DNA of 64,000 nucleotides from Auanema rhodensis (taxonomy: Eukaryota; Animalia; Nematoda): positions 7,874,001 to 7,938,000 of the forward strand of contig OZ059899.1 of NCBI GenBank assembly GCA_964057225.1, given 5' to 3'. Both the position numbers and the translations under genes were made by a program. The notes below the pieces were generated by a model. That model did not search any database. It saw only the letters and a program-made list of their open reading frames with translations, and was not told where the DNA came from. Positions 52,401 to 64,000 of the stretch are shown in pieces (positions within the stretch are counted from its first letter, which is position 1; each line of letters starts with the position of its first letter).

Positions 52401-54882
52401 CTTTCGATTAAGTCCAAATAATGGAGGTCAAACGTGTCCTGGAGATGAGGCAAGAGGATTACGATGCGAGCGTGAGGTAGGCCAGCTTATTTTTTTCAAT
52501 AAAAGACTTAAATATTAATCTGTTTTCTTTTTTTTGAGATATGTAAAGGGCTTACTCAAGATGAATATGCAACTAAAATTTGTACGAAAATTCGTGATGA
52601 CCCAGCGTTACCTAATCCACAATTAACCGGGCAAGGAACTCAATTTGAACAAGCTCTATGCAAAGTTTGGTATAGATATACATACAAAGAATAAAATATA
52701 ACAAAGTTTATTATACAGGTGCATGCTAACGCTTTCTAATAATATACGAACTGTTGCTAACTACCCAGATGGTACTCCATGTGGTTATCAGAAATTCTGT
52801 ATCAAAGGAGAATGTCGAGTTAGTAAACAATCCATATTCTTCATGTTTTTTTGTAAATATTTTTATTATAAGTTTTCTTTTAGCCCATTCTTTGCTCTGG
52901 AAGTGTTATATCAACAAGTGAAGATAATTGTCCGCCTTCTGTTCGTCCATCAACACCTATACCAACTACTCTTGTTCCTATACAGAGTAATTCGATTACA
53001 GAGGCTCCCGAAAAACGTTGGAATTCCAAAATTCCGTACACCGAAAGACAAATAATTTTTTTTCAGAGCAAGCATATTGGAATCAATGGTCTGGATGGTC
53101 GTTGTGGTCGCAATGTATTTCATATAATTGTGGTATGAAACTCTACTGTATTCATTTTTTCTAATAGATAATATTCAGAATCTCTTGGATATCGTGTACG
53201 CGCTCGGCGATGTTTAGCTGGTCGATGTGAAGGCGCAGCTCGTGAAAGAGAGCACTGTACACCAACCTGCATTAGTATGTTATCGTATGATCATTTAAAA
53301 TATATCAAATAATTCAGCTTCAACTACAGTTAGCCCTCCAACAACACAACAAGCTTTCAAATACAGTACAAGAGGTTTGTTTAATGCTCCAAACCACAAA
53401 CTATTGTAAAGTTATGTTTAGTCTGGTCTATGCCTACTACAACCCATGCAACAATAACTACTACTGTTAGACCATTAGTCAGTTCAACAAGAAGCACTTG
53501 GAGATGGTCAACCACAACTGTGAACTCTTGGAAACCTTTTTCAAACTCCACATTCAAACCATCTACGATTCGGCCAGCCTGGATCCCTTTCACAACAACG
53601 TTAGCCTGGAAGCCTGCGTTCACTTCTTGGAGGCCCATGTCAACTACAACATGGAGAATAATCACTACTACTTCAGCACCTCTTACAACAACCTCTCGAA
53701 AACCATCACAGTTTAAAAAATCTCAAATAACAACAACTTGGAGATTACCATTCACATCTACAAGGAGACCTACAGCATCTACATGGAGGCCTACAACAAC
53801 TACAACATGGAGACCTCCAACAACTACAACATGGAAGCCTACAACATCAACATGGAGACCTCCAACAACTACAACATGGAGGCCTACAACAACAAGTGTA
53901 TGGAAACCAACTACAACGACAGTATGGGTACCATCTACTACAACAACTATGAGACCTATCACAAGGTCAACTTGGAGACCTTCCGTGACCAGATCGACAT
54001 GGAGACCAACTACGACTGATTGGAGAACCACAACCGTTGTTCCTAGAGTTACAACAACTGTTCGTCCTGTTAACGAGTAAGAATATCAAAATGCATTAAT
54101 GGTTTACATAACGTAAAACTAATTTTTTTACAGGATTACTTGGACTCAGTGGTCTGGTTGTTCTGTAAGTTGTGGCAAAGGAATGCGATTGCGGAGACAG
54201 AAAAATTGCAAGAAAAGTAAAATATTTTCTAATTTATACTACAACATACAACAACTTAGAAAATATCTTTCTTGTACCATTTTTCAGATTGCGTTCAATA
54301 TGAACCTTGTGAAATGCCTGCTTGTGTTACAACTCGATCAGCAACCTGGACCAGTTGGTCCGAATGGTCCACGTGTAGCGTAAGCTGTGGCCAAGGTGTT
54401 CAATTGAGGAAACGTGATTGCCAAGGAAAAATGTGCAAAGGTTCAGATAGTCAAGGAAAGAAATGCATGAAACCAGTACGAATATTTTGAATATTCGAAA
54501 AGCAACTCGTGTTTTCAGGTTTGTTCAGATGCTTGGACCGAATGGAGTGATTGGTCAACATGTACTGTTACATGTGGGCCAGGAAAACGTTATCGTAAAC
54601 GACACTGTTATTCACCCCCATGTACAGGTATTATTGATAATTCCCCAAATTCTATCGAATTAAAAGCTTTCAGGTGATGACTCAATGACTGAAGCTTGCG
54701 AACAAAAGGCTTGTTGGACATGGAGACGACCACGTAGTAATCTAGGACCATATGAGTCAACCCTTCTCCGATTAGGAGGTCAAGGGTTTACCGGTATATC
54801 AAGGGCTGTAAGTTGAGAATTATGAAGCATGTTGATGATAGAAAACAAATTTCAGATTGAATATGACAACGGTGAAACTTAA
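49479..54882 (+). CDS. adt-1: ADAMTS metalloprotease, ADT-1-like (signal peptide, prodomain, M12B, Cys-rich, TSP1 repeats, Thr-rich linker)
   Basis: IQKRS processing site, TIELAVFADD, HWDHALLFSGYD, VTHEMGHSLGMYHD zinc motif, CIMSP Met-turn, several WxxWxxCSxxCG TSP1 repeats. The catalytic-domain wording matches my recollection of C. elegans ADT-1. Confidence 0.88.
53725..54035 (+). repeat. Coding ~24-bp tandem repeat encoding (P/T)TTTTW(R/K)P
   Basis: Recurrent acaactacaacatgga(g/a)..cct units within ORF 53430-54080. Confidence 0.9.
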
Positions 54883-55235
54883 TGTTTCAAATGTTTTTAG
54901 GCCAATAAGCTTTTTTTCTTAAAAAGGAAATTTTTTAAATCTGAGTTAGTTACATTATGCTTTAGATATTGTGTATAACACAAAATTGTTGTATATCTAA
55001 GATTTTCGTATATATTATCATTATATGCTCTTCATGAATTACACGGGTTCATTTTCTCTATATTCAAAAAAAAGTAAATTTTAATAAAAACAACATTTAT
55101 TTAAATAAATTTTTAATTTGGTCTAGATGTAATACAAATGAAACCCGAATCTCAAATCATAGATATATGTATTCACATATCTACATATACAGCAAAAAAA
55201 AAACAAATAAGATCGAGTTATTGAATAATAGTCTA

Positions 55236-57083
55236 TCAATTTATTTTTAAAACATAACTAGTTGGAAATAATCCAGTCTGTAATATTTAAAATATAAAAT
55301 ATGTAAATTAAATTCTTATTTCAATTATAATTTATTAATATTATCTCCATTTTACTATAGTAATATTATATTATTTTGGTGCAAAAAAGTACATTCAGTG
55401 CATTGAAAGTGATTGTATTTTATAAAAATTCCCAAAATATGAAATATGAAATTAGATCTTACCTTATCTTCGCCGTTGCATGACATCTTACCGAACCACC
55501 ATCCAAAGTTTTCCATGGATTTATCTAATACTTCTATTATATCTCCCTTATTCAAATCTAAATAATTTTTTTTTGCTGGCAAATATTTCTTTATTACTTT
55601 ATAAAGCTGAAAGCAAATACGAAATATATTAAAATATATTCATAGATAAACGATTACCTTGCATTCCTTATATGGTATACCAAGGGCAATGTTTAAATGA
55701 GAAAAACATTCTTTTAATGTTTTTATTCTATAGGTATTGATTAATTCCTAGAATTAAATTATTCATATGATTAAGAATAGGTTCGTACTTCAATGCTTCT
55801 AAATTGAAACATAATATCAAGAAATACTGAACCATCAGGTGCTTCTTCTATTAGTAAATGATATACATGTCCTTTATAACTACAATTATTATTATGTGAA
55901 TGTTATAAACAATGATAAAATACCTTAAACTTATAGCAAACCTCATTTGATTAACACTGTATCTTACTAAAAATGTTCCGTTTGGAGTGTTTTGTAGTTT
56001 TTCCTTTGCTTCTTCTCCTGTCAGTATTCCTTCATAAGTCTTTTCTAATTCAGCTGTTTTTTCCTATAAAAAATTAATTATAATCAACAATGAGAGAGTT
56101 AAACCTTTCGTTTTATCGAATTGATATGATTGTTATTGGACGTTTTAGCTGTTTCTTGTCTTTAATTACATTTTATTTTGTTTATTATTGTTTTAAGTAA
56201 GCATACGTTCGAAGAAAAACGTTGCCCCATTTTTCAGCTTCTTGTTGTCTTTTAAAGTAAAGAGTTATATATTTAACTGGATTATAAATTCCATTTTCTG
56301 GTGGATCTTGAGCTTGAACAATCAGGAATAATGCGTGTTCGGAATTCTTATTCCAATCATCATTTAATCTTAAATAAATATATTTATTTTAAAACTTTTC
56401 TGTATACTTACTTCATATAGTAATTAGTCATTAATGCATTATTTAATATTAGGTCATTTACTGGATATGCTTTTTCATAAATCATTCTTATTCCCTAAAA
56501 ATGTTTCAACAGAATTAAGGTTAATGGCTTAAAAACAACAAACATACTCCTTGAAATTGACAGATTACTAAAGCTTCGTCAAATAGAAATATATGACGAT
56601 GGCGAGATTTTCCAATAGTCAAATCAGCAGATTCTATTATTTTAACTCGACTATCCATAATTAACTTTCCATATCCTTTTAAACCTGATACATGCAACTA
56701 TAAAACTATATAAAAATATAAAATATATAATTGACATACATGACCACTGTCGACAATTTGTTTCTCTAATTCTTTTATCATTGAAATAGCTTCAAAAGTA
56801 TTGTGAACTTTACTCATCGATGACTCCATGCTTTGAATAGATTGTCGAATTTCTTGGGCAGACTGCCCAACTTTAACATCAACAGAAGCTTCATGCACAT
56901 CTTCCTATGATTATGACTGAATTATATATGATATAAAACAACTACTACCTCTAGAAATATGAATGAGTCACTTGTACGTGATGGTGACGAGTATATAGTT
57001 GTTTCAGAAATGTGTGACTGACTTGTAGACTCACGAGAAATTCTCTCACTATTAGATAGTTTCAGAGTTAGTTTAGCTGCCAT
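55236..57083 (-). CDS. Vav-like PH-SH2-SH3 protein without CH, DH or C1 domains
   Basis: LKGYGKLIMD..RHIFLFDEALVIC (Vav PH), EEAKEKLQNTPNGTFLVR..FAISL..VYHLLIE..ELINTYRIKTLKECFSHLNIALGIPYKE (Vav SH2), YLDLNKGDIIEVLDK..GWWFG..GLFPTSYV (SH3); ~10 short introns; tttaag acceptor before the ATG. Confidence 0.8.
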
Positions 57084-57939
57084 TCTTAAAAATATATAAA
57101 TATAGCTTAAATTTAGAGTACAATAGAATAAACTAAAAGAATAAAATGTTTTGCTTTAGCTATGAAAACGAGTAAGACAACGAAATATTGATGACTACTC
57201 CTGTTAGACAACACGTTATCGCATTCCCCCCCCCCCTTTGAAAAGATTTTCAATCGGAAGTAATCATAATCATAAGCATTCATTTAATTTTAATGATTCA
57301 TCAACAAACTATGTGCCAAAAAGATTTGACAGTTTTAGCTTTTTGAGAAGAATCGTATTGATTATTCATTTCATTACTTCCTTTGGCTCTGGTGAACAAA
57401 GAAAATTCGATGCTAGACTCGAATCGGCACATATCAGACGTCTTATCTACGAAATATTATGAACTATAATCATATTGAGCGCAATTTTCTTTGGAGAATT
57501 AATTTTATACCAATTTGTTGTATTCATAGCATCATCTATGACATAGAAATCAGTTGTAATTCGCGGTGTTTGATAATATCTCTGAATATAATATTCGCTG
57601 ATATCATTTCGAGTATTACTCATAACTCAATCTCATACTACATACTAAATTAAGAATGGAATATGATGATAAATACGTATAATATGAACATAGTTTGGAC
57701 ATATAAACAATTAAACATTTTTTTTCTTGAATATAAATATGAAATATTATATATTTACAATAAATGTATGTTGTTACATTAAAATGTTTTTTTTTTAATT
57801 AGTACTTTCATTAAAAAATATTTGCGTTCTTGTATACTTTATAATCTCCAATTTAACTCCAACGGAATGAAAACTGAAATTAGAAAGTTTATGAGTTTTC
57901 TTTACAACGAGATCGTTGCCACTTTAATCATTCAGACTG

Positions 57940-58025
57940 TAATCGAGATGATAAGTGAGTAGCTTGAGGGCGCTTGGGAGTAATCAGAGATGGCGTTGTC
58001 GCAAGGCATCAAGAGTAGATAAGGA
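57940..58025 (+). promoter_or_regulatory. GATA sites (TGATAAG, AGATAAG) just upstream of the intermediate filament gene; probable intestinal ELT-2-type promoter
   Basis: Two WGATAAG motifs within ~125 bp of the ATG at 58070. Confidence 0.45.
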
Positions 58026-58069
58026 GAAGGTATTCTTGATTGTAGCTCATTTGCCATAGTTGCTCAGCA

Positions 58070-61000
58070 ATGGCCAGCGTAGAAGACCGTTATGTACCCA
58101 TCCTTGAACGTTCATCCTTGAACGACGGGCGTTATGTCTCCAGAGGTAAGGATTTAGTTTCTGGTGTTTCATTAAAATTGAGGTATTCATATTCCCTTCT
58201 GTTCACTATAGCATTTTACATCTAAATCCTTATAATTTTCCAAAAGAATATATATTTTATTTCATTATTATGTGTTAGTTAAGATCATTTTGATAATATT
58301 CTATCATAAAACAGTATTCTACATGCACTTGCTCATACAATCTATATACATTTCGTTATACTTCCTAGAACTGTTTGAACCATATTATACAACAAATAAA
58401 ATAATGTTTTTTGAATTGTTAAGTTGCCATCATCTGTTTACAGATTCTACAAAATAATTATATATACTACATGTACATTCATTGATATCTTTTGGAATTC
58501 ATTTGAACATTTTCTATATTCGAAATTCATAAATTATTTTGACGAAACTATTTGAAAATGTTTTTCAAATTATTTTATCTCAACTCTTTGCTTATCTAAG
58601 TTTTGCTCTATTCTTATCAGCTATTCTTCATAAGACCAATGGAAACTACAGAAACAACTACTCATATGATATTCGAAAATAAAATATATAATATTCTTAA
58701 ATTTCAAAGTATAGACATTAGTTAATATTAATTAATTATATTATATATATTTATCAAATAATTATGGTTTCCTTAAGAGAGTTTTAATTTAAATCATCAT
58801 GTTATATAATTTTGTATTTCAGTGACTCATACTACCGAAAGCCACTCTTATTCTACCGGTGACGGATTTGTTCTAGATGGAGCTAAGTCTTTCGCTGCTA
58901 CAACTGAGAGCGAAAAGAAGCAATTACAAGTTTGAAATTCTGAGCTTCATGTTGATGTTAACCATTCTTAGGATTTGAATGAACGTCTTGGAAATTACAT
59001 TGCTCGTGTGCGTCTTCTCGAGAAACAAAATCGCGGAATTGTGTCTGAACTTGAGAACTTGAAAAAGAATTGGGGAACTAAGTATCATGAGCATCGAGTC
59101 AGTTCATCTAATTAATCTTTATCTGCAAATATAAATTTTGCTTTGTATTCATCGCTTTAACTTTCAAAATCTGTTATCTTTTAAACAGTCAAATGCGAGG
59201 GATTTCCTAACGTCAAAAAAGTAATTACATCCTAAGCTGACAAGCAGAGCAAGCGATAAGATGAATCCCAAAAAAACTAAAAAAATATTTTTATAACAAT
59301 TGATTTATATGCATGTATTCATTTTTAGATTGAGTTTGCTTCATATCAAACTAAATACCGTGGTGACATCAACTCAGCTACCTTAGGAAAATGCAGAGCA
59401 GAGATCTATGCTACCAGATACCGTGATCAAATTGCTGAGTATAGAGCAAGGTAATATAACATTTCTAAACAAGAGGGTTACCAATTGAATTATTGGTTAT
59501 CAACTTATCAAGTTTTCTTGTTTTATTTGAGCTTCAGGCATATTTCTACTATCTAAAATTGATAATGCATTGTAGAGAAACATAAAAATATATTGAAAGC
59601 AGTTTTAAATCAGTATCTGTCATTTTCTTTATCAAAGTGATTGAAAATCAAATCGGCTTTTAACATATTAAGCAACAACTTTCTCTCATTAGTATATAAG
59701 CTTAAAACACTCACTTTTTGTAGGATTAAATGAATTAAGCCCTGAAAATCCTAAATGATAAGGAAATATTATATGTTGAAAGTGTCTTAATAGATCAGAA
59801 AACGATCGAAATTATCTTTTCCTTCCCTTCAGTTCATAATGAGTGCACAACTAAGAGGGAAATGATAATGCGTGTACTTTTTGAAGTGAAATAATCTACG
59901 GGTAATACTGTCTCAGCTTATTTTAAAATAAAATAATGCTTATTAATGAATTATTAGATACATAAATAATTTGCTTTAGTAGTATAATTACTTAATTTTA
60001 GAATTGATGAATATGGTCGTCTCAGAGAAATTGATATTAACACTAGTAACCAAAACAGAACTGCTATTAAGGAGGCTGAAGCCGAGCTTCATCAGCTATT
60101 GGATAAGTTAGACTTCATGAATCTTGTGATTGCAAACGTTTGTTAGTTTAGGTTGAGAATTGTTCAAGGAGAAGAAAAAGCTGCTTTAGCTGAAAATGCT
60201 TATATTCGTAATGAACTCTTAGAGACCAGAGAGGCTAGTTTAACTTAAGAATCATACATATAATATTGCTTTTTGTTTTAGAGACGTGATGAACTTGCTA
60301 TATACAGAATTGACTACCAAAGTCAAGCTGTGAGAATCGAGAATGAAATTGAATTCTTGAAGAAGTAATTCATTTTTTTCATATTTTTTAAAAAATATTC
60401 ATTATGATTACAGGCTTCATGCTACTGAAATTTCGGAACTTAACCGCATGGTCGTGACTGCTCCTACCGACACTAAAGAATTCTTCAAGAACGAAATAGC
60501 TCAAGCTATTTTGTAAGTATTTTGTACTTAGAATGCGTAGCATTTGATAATATTTCAGGGATATCCGTAAAGAATTTGACAGAGTTCAGCAAATCAGTGT
60601 TGTCAAGATTGAACAACTTTATACCCGCAAGGCATAAATGAAATATATGCTTTTATCTTAATAATGATTTAATTTTAGCTTAGCGAGCAACCAGTACGTA
60701 AGGTTAACCACTACTACACTGAAAGTGTAAGTTTGCTCGTTGATTCATGAGCCTTTTTTCTTATTTTAAACATTTATATTCAGGCCCGTACCATCAGCAC
60801 CAAGATTGAAGGCATTCAAAGCAAATTCACTGATATCGAGAAGTACAACCAGAAACTTGTGGCCGAATATGAGAGCCTTACTAAGCAGGTGTGAATTAGA
60901 TTACAAATTCAGTTATAAAGCATACTGCTTAAGAGAGAAGACGACCAACATACTTTCGAAAGAGCTATTCAAGCGCAAGAGGAACAACTTATTAGCATCA

Positions 61001-61793
61001 AGTCCGAGTACGGAAGATTAGTAAGCATAGTTACATAGTATATTTAAAATAATAGTTGTTCGATTATAGTTCACCGAGCTTCAAAGTCTTCTTGAAACTA
61101 AAGTGTTCCTTGATACTGAGATCGCCATCTACAGAGCCATGGTTGAAGGAGAAGAACGAAGGTTTTATTACTGTATAAAACCTTTTTATTTTATAAAATC
61201 TTTACAGAGTTGGTGTATCCCGTGTTGCTTCTCGTGTAACTAATGTTATAAAGCATATTGACGAACATGACATGAGCGGAGATGCTACTACAACCACAAA
61301 ATTCCAAACACATGCTCTTGTAACTTATCTTCTAAAATAACTTTTGTTACTAAAATAGTTATTTTAGGGAAATATCACAATCAGTAAATGTGACCCAATC
61401 GGAAGATTCATTGTTTTCGAGAATACTTCCAAATCTCAAGTAATATTATATTTTATAAAATAGAAACAATTATCGTATTTTAGAATGAATACCTTGATGG
61501 ATGGAAAATAGTCCGTCATATTGACAATATTACTACAATTGAATACATTTTCCCCACCGGCACTCTAATTAAGGCTAACAGAAAACTGATAGTTTGTTTT
61601 ATATTTTATCGAAAGAAACACTCAATTATTTTAGATTTATGCTCAAGGCCAAGGTAAGGCTAGTAACGAAGCATTGGTAAATGTTGATAAGTACAGTTGG
61701 GGTATGGGAACACAAGTAATAACATATCTATATAATGCTCATGGTGAAGAAAAGGCTAAATACATCCAATCCGCTACTGCTGATGCTATCTAA
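58070..61793 (+). CDS. Cytoplasmic intermediate filament protein with lamin-tail domain (IFC/IFD-like)
   Basis: EKKQLQDLNERLGNYIARVRLLEKQN (coil 1A), EFFKNEIAQAI.DIRKEFD, LLETKVFLDTEIAIYRAMVEGEE (coil 2 end), GNITISKCDPIGRFIVFENTS..LDGWKIVRHID..SWGMG (LTD); no CaaX, so not lamin. Confidence 0.92.
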
Positions 61794-63062
61794 AGAGTAG
61801 TTTTCATATTTGTTGTAGTAAAACAGTGCAGAAAAGAGATAAGAATAGATTAGTTTCGATCTCGAAACGATTCGATTGGCTAGCCAACTTGTTAAATATA
61901 TTGTAATAAGATTTGGTTCAGGTTTTATCTTTTTTTTTGTATAGAACATGTATTTTCAATGTATTCTAATAAAACTATTATGATAATACTGTTTGTTAAT
62001 GAAATACATACTATGATAAGATGAAAACAAATGATAATAGTAAAACATTCATATTTCAAATTCAAATTAAAATAAATGACGTCACAACATGTGAAGTCTA
62101 ATATTGCTTTAGAATTGTCCAAAGAAGAAATTCGTTTTCATTTCGGCTTCAGGGCTACTATCCGCACGGTTCAACTCTTATTTACTTTAGTCCTCATCAG
62201 ATTATATTAATCTATCTCTTTATGTATCTATTTTCATCCCACACCCAAGTTAATTAATGATCAAAACAACTTGAGAAAATTTGATTTAAAAAAGAAAAAA
62301 TACTTCAGTTAATTAAAAGAAAAAAAGAATAATATGATATTATCATTAATGATATTTCTACACAATTTTTCGATAGCATATACAATTAAAATAATTTTTT
62401 TTTATTGAGAGCAATTGACAAGAAAAAACTCATATATACGTAAAATATCTGTTCAGTAACGAACGGAGAAAAATCAGGAAGAAATTGTCTGATTGAAAAT
62501 AAGTATCATCAGATGCACTTCATTGACTCTTCATCTATTCCACTTAAAACTGAATAAATATGTAAACGACGACCAAATAAGGGTATAAGTGTAAAGAAAG
62601 AGGGATGATGATGAAAGAAAAGATGGAAAGGTAAGAAGAGAAGCAAACGAAATTGTCTACACATGATGTGCAGAAGAAGAGTAAGAAGAAGAGGTGGGTA
62701 ATCATTTTCTCACTTCATCTTTCATTCTCTCGTTCCTCGCAATCAGATTAATCCCATACTTCTCATTCAATTCATCAACATCCACTGTCTGCTTCATTTC
62801 CTTTCTCAACTGTCTATTCAGATTCCGATACTTGTGTTCTGAAGAGTCATGACTCTTTCCGATCGCTTTACTGTCCTTTTCCGTTACGTGATTCAAACTG
62901 TCTCTTAAACTTTAAGAAATATATTGTTATTAATGTTTTGACTTTACATTATGATACATAATATTTTTTTATAATTAAAATGGTTTACTTTCAGTCATCT
63001 TGTATTTCAAATATTGAATTTTAAAGCTACATATTAAACAAAACATTAGGAATAACATAATA

Positions 63063-64000
63063 ATGAAATTATTAGTGTTTATTAGTTTTATATCAATTGC
63101 ACATAGCAGATTTTTTGATGCTTGTCCCGGACGAAGAATTTCGATTGGAGGTATGTTGGTAAACAATTCATTATATTTTGTAATTACTTGTAGCTTGCCT
63201 TGCTGGACTATGTCCTGCTGGTTCAGAATGTGTTAACGGATATTGCTGTTAGTTGTTATTGGATTTACAAAGTTTTTAACGTTTTCTTAAACTACAGGTA
63301 AACTAAAAGTTTTGCCTGAAGTGACGACAGAGCTACCGGAATCTTCCAATGAAGTAGAGAAATATGAAAAGTATTTTTGAACTTTCTTACACCATCTATT
63401 TTCTTTTCCTTTAAGATGTAAAAATGGCAAGCACGCTATAGGAGAATGTATTTCAGATAATTGCCCAAGTGGCTACAAATGCGAAAATGGTTTATGTTGC
63501 AGTTAGTTTTTATTATTTTTAACATCAATACATATTAATTTAAGGAGTAGGGTTACCTCCAGTTCGTGTAACGATGATTCCTGTAGAACTCACAACAAAG
63601 AAATCTATTGGTTTTGAAAACTTATGATTGTATAGAGTTTGCTTTTGTTTTAGAATCTACAGTATCGTCAAGTACAGTGGCAAAAAAAGTTCAGCCAAAG
63701 ATAAGAGTAATACCGGAAGCTGAAGAAGAGGAAGAAGTGAACGAAAACGAAAAGATGATTAAAAAAAAGGAAAAGAAAAAAGTTCAAAAAAAGAAAGAAG
63801 AAGACATATCTCAAGAAGAATTGACTGAAATAGAAAAAATAAAATTGAAATTTAAAAAAGAAAAAGAAATTGAAGAGGTGAAGCTAAACTAGTTATTCAA
63901 ATAATTGTTTTATTATTTTTTGCAGACTTCAACGAATGAAGAAGATTATGGAAATGAACTTATAATCGAAGATCGAGAAGAAATTGATGATATAGTCACA
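63063..64000 (+). CDS. Secreted nematode CC-domain (Cys-rich) protein with E/K-rich region; runs off the window end
   Basis: Signal peptide MKLLVFISFISIAHS; CPGRRISIGACLAGLCPAGSECVNGYCC and CKNGKHAIGECISDNCPSGYKCENGLCC repeats. Confidence 0.8.

Noticed and set aside
53498-54031. Alternate-frame and antisense ORFs over the ADAMTS repeat
   Set aside because: Shadows of the tandem repeat.
62120-62205. Minus-strand TGATGA...CTGA (C/D snoRNA) or hammerhead
   Set aside because: No terminal stem, no recognisable rRNA complementarity, and stem II is mismatched.
62702-62896. 64-aa charged ORF on the minus strand with a plausible GTGAG donor
   Set aside because: Could not be joined in frame to a start or downstream exon; may be a real orphan exon but is unsupported.
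1-64000. piRNA (Ruby motif CTGTTTCA) cluster, CRISPR, tRNA/rRNA, telomeric TTAGGC arrays
   Set aside because: Only isolated CTGTTTCA hits (e.g. ~33296, ~48195); none of the other features were seen.

Overview
Strongly AT-rich eukaryotic DNA with many ~45-55 bp GT-AG introns, TTTCAG-type acceptors and acceptors directly ahead of start codons (trans-splice style). The gene content points to a rhabditid-type nematode (inference). Genes assembled by eye: RBMX2/Snu17 (- strand) head-to-head with SNAPC4/gei-11 (+); a 22-kb, 17-exon minus-strand gene resembling a compact p160/SRC/Taiman nuclear-receptor coactivator (PAS-A/B, two LxxLL boxes, Taiman-like C-terminal motif), whose 11.4-kb intron hosts an antisense G-protein gamma gene (gpc-1-like) with an RFX X-box; a small 4-TM protein; an ADT-1-like ADAMTS protease with a W-containing Thr-rich repeat; a Vav-like PH-SH2-SH3 protein lacking the GEF domain; a cytoplasmic intermediate filament with two GC-AG introns; and a truncated secreted CC-domain protein. 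The 3.7-7.0 kb region is unusual. It holds a ~1-kb GC-rich, extensively self-complementary element (candidate structured ncRNA or non-autonomous mobile element) and two near-identical intron-containing copies of pieces of the neighbouring RBMX2 and SNAPC4 genes. All homology calls come from motif recognition, not database searches.
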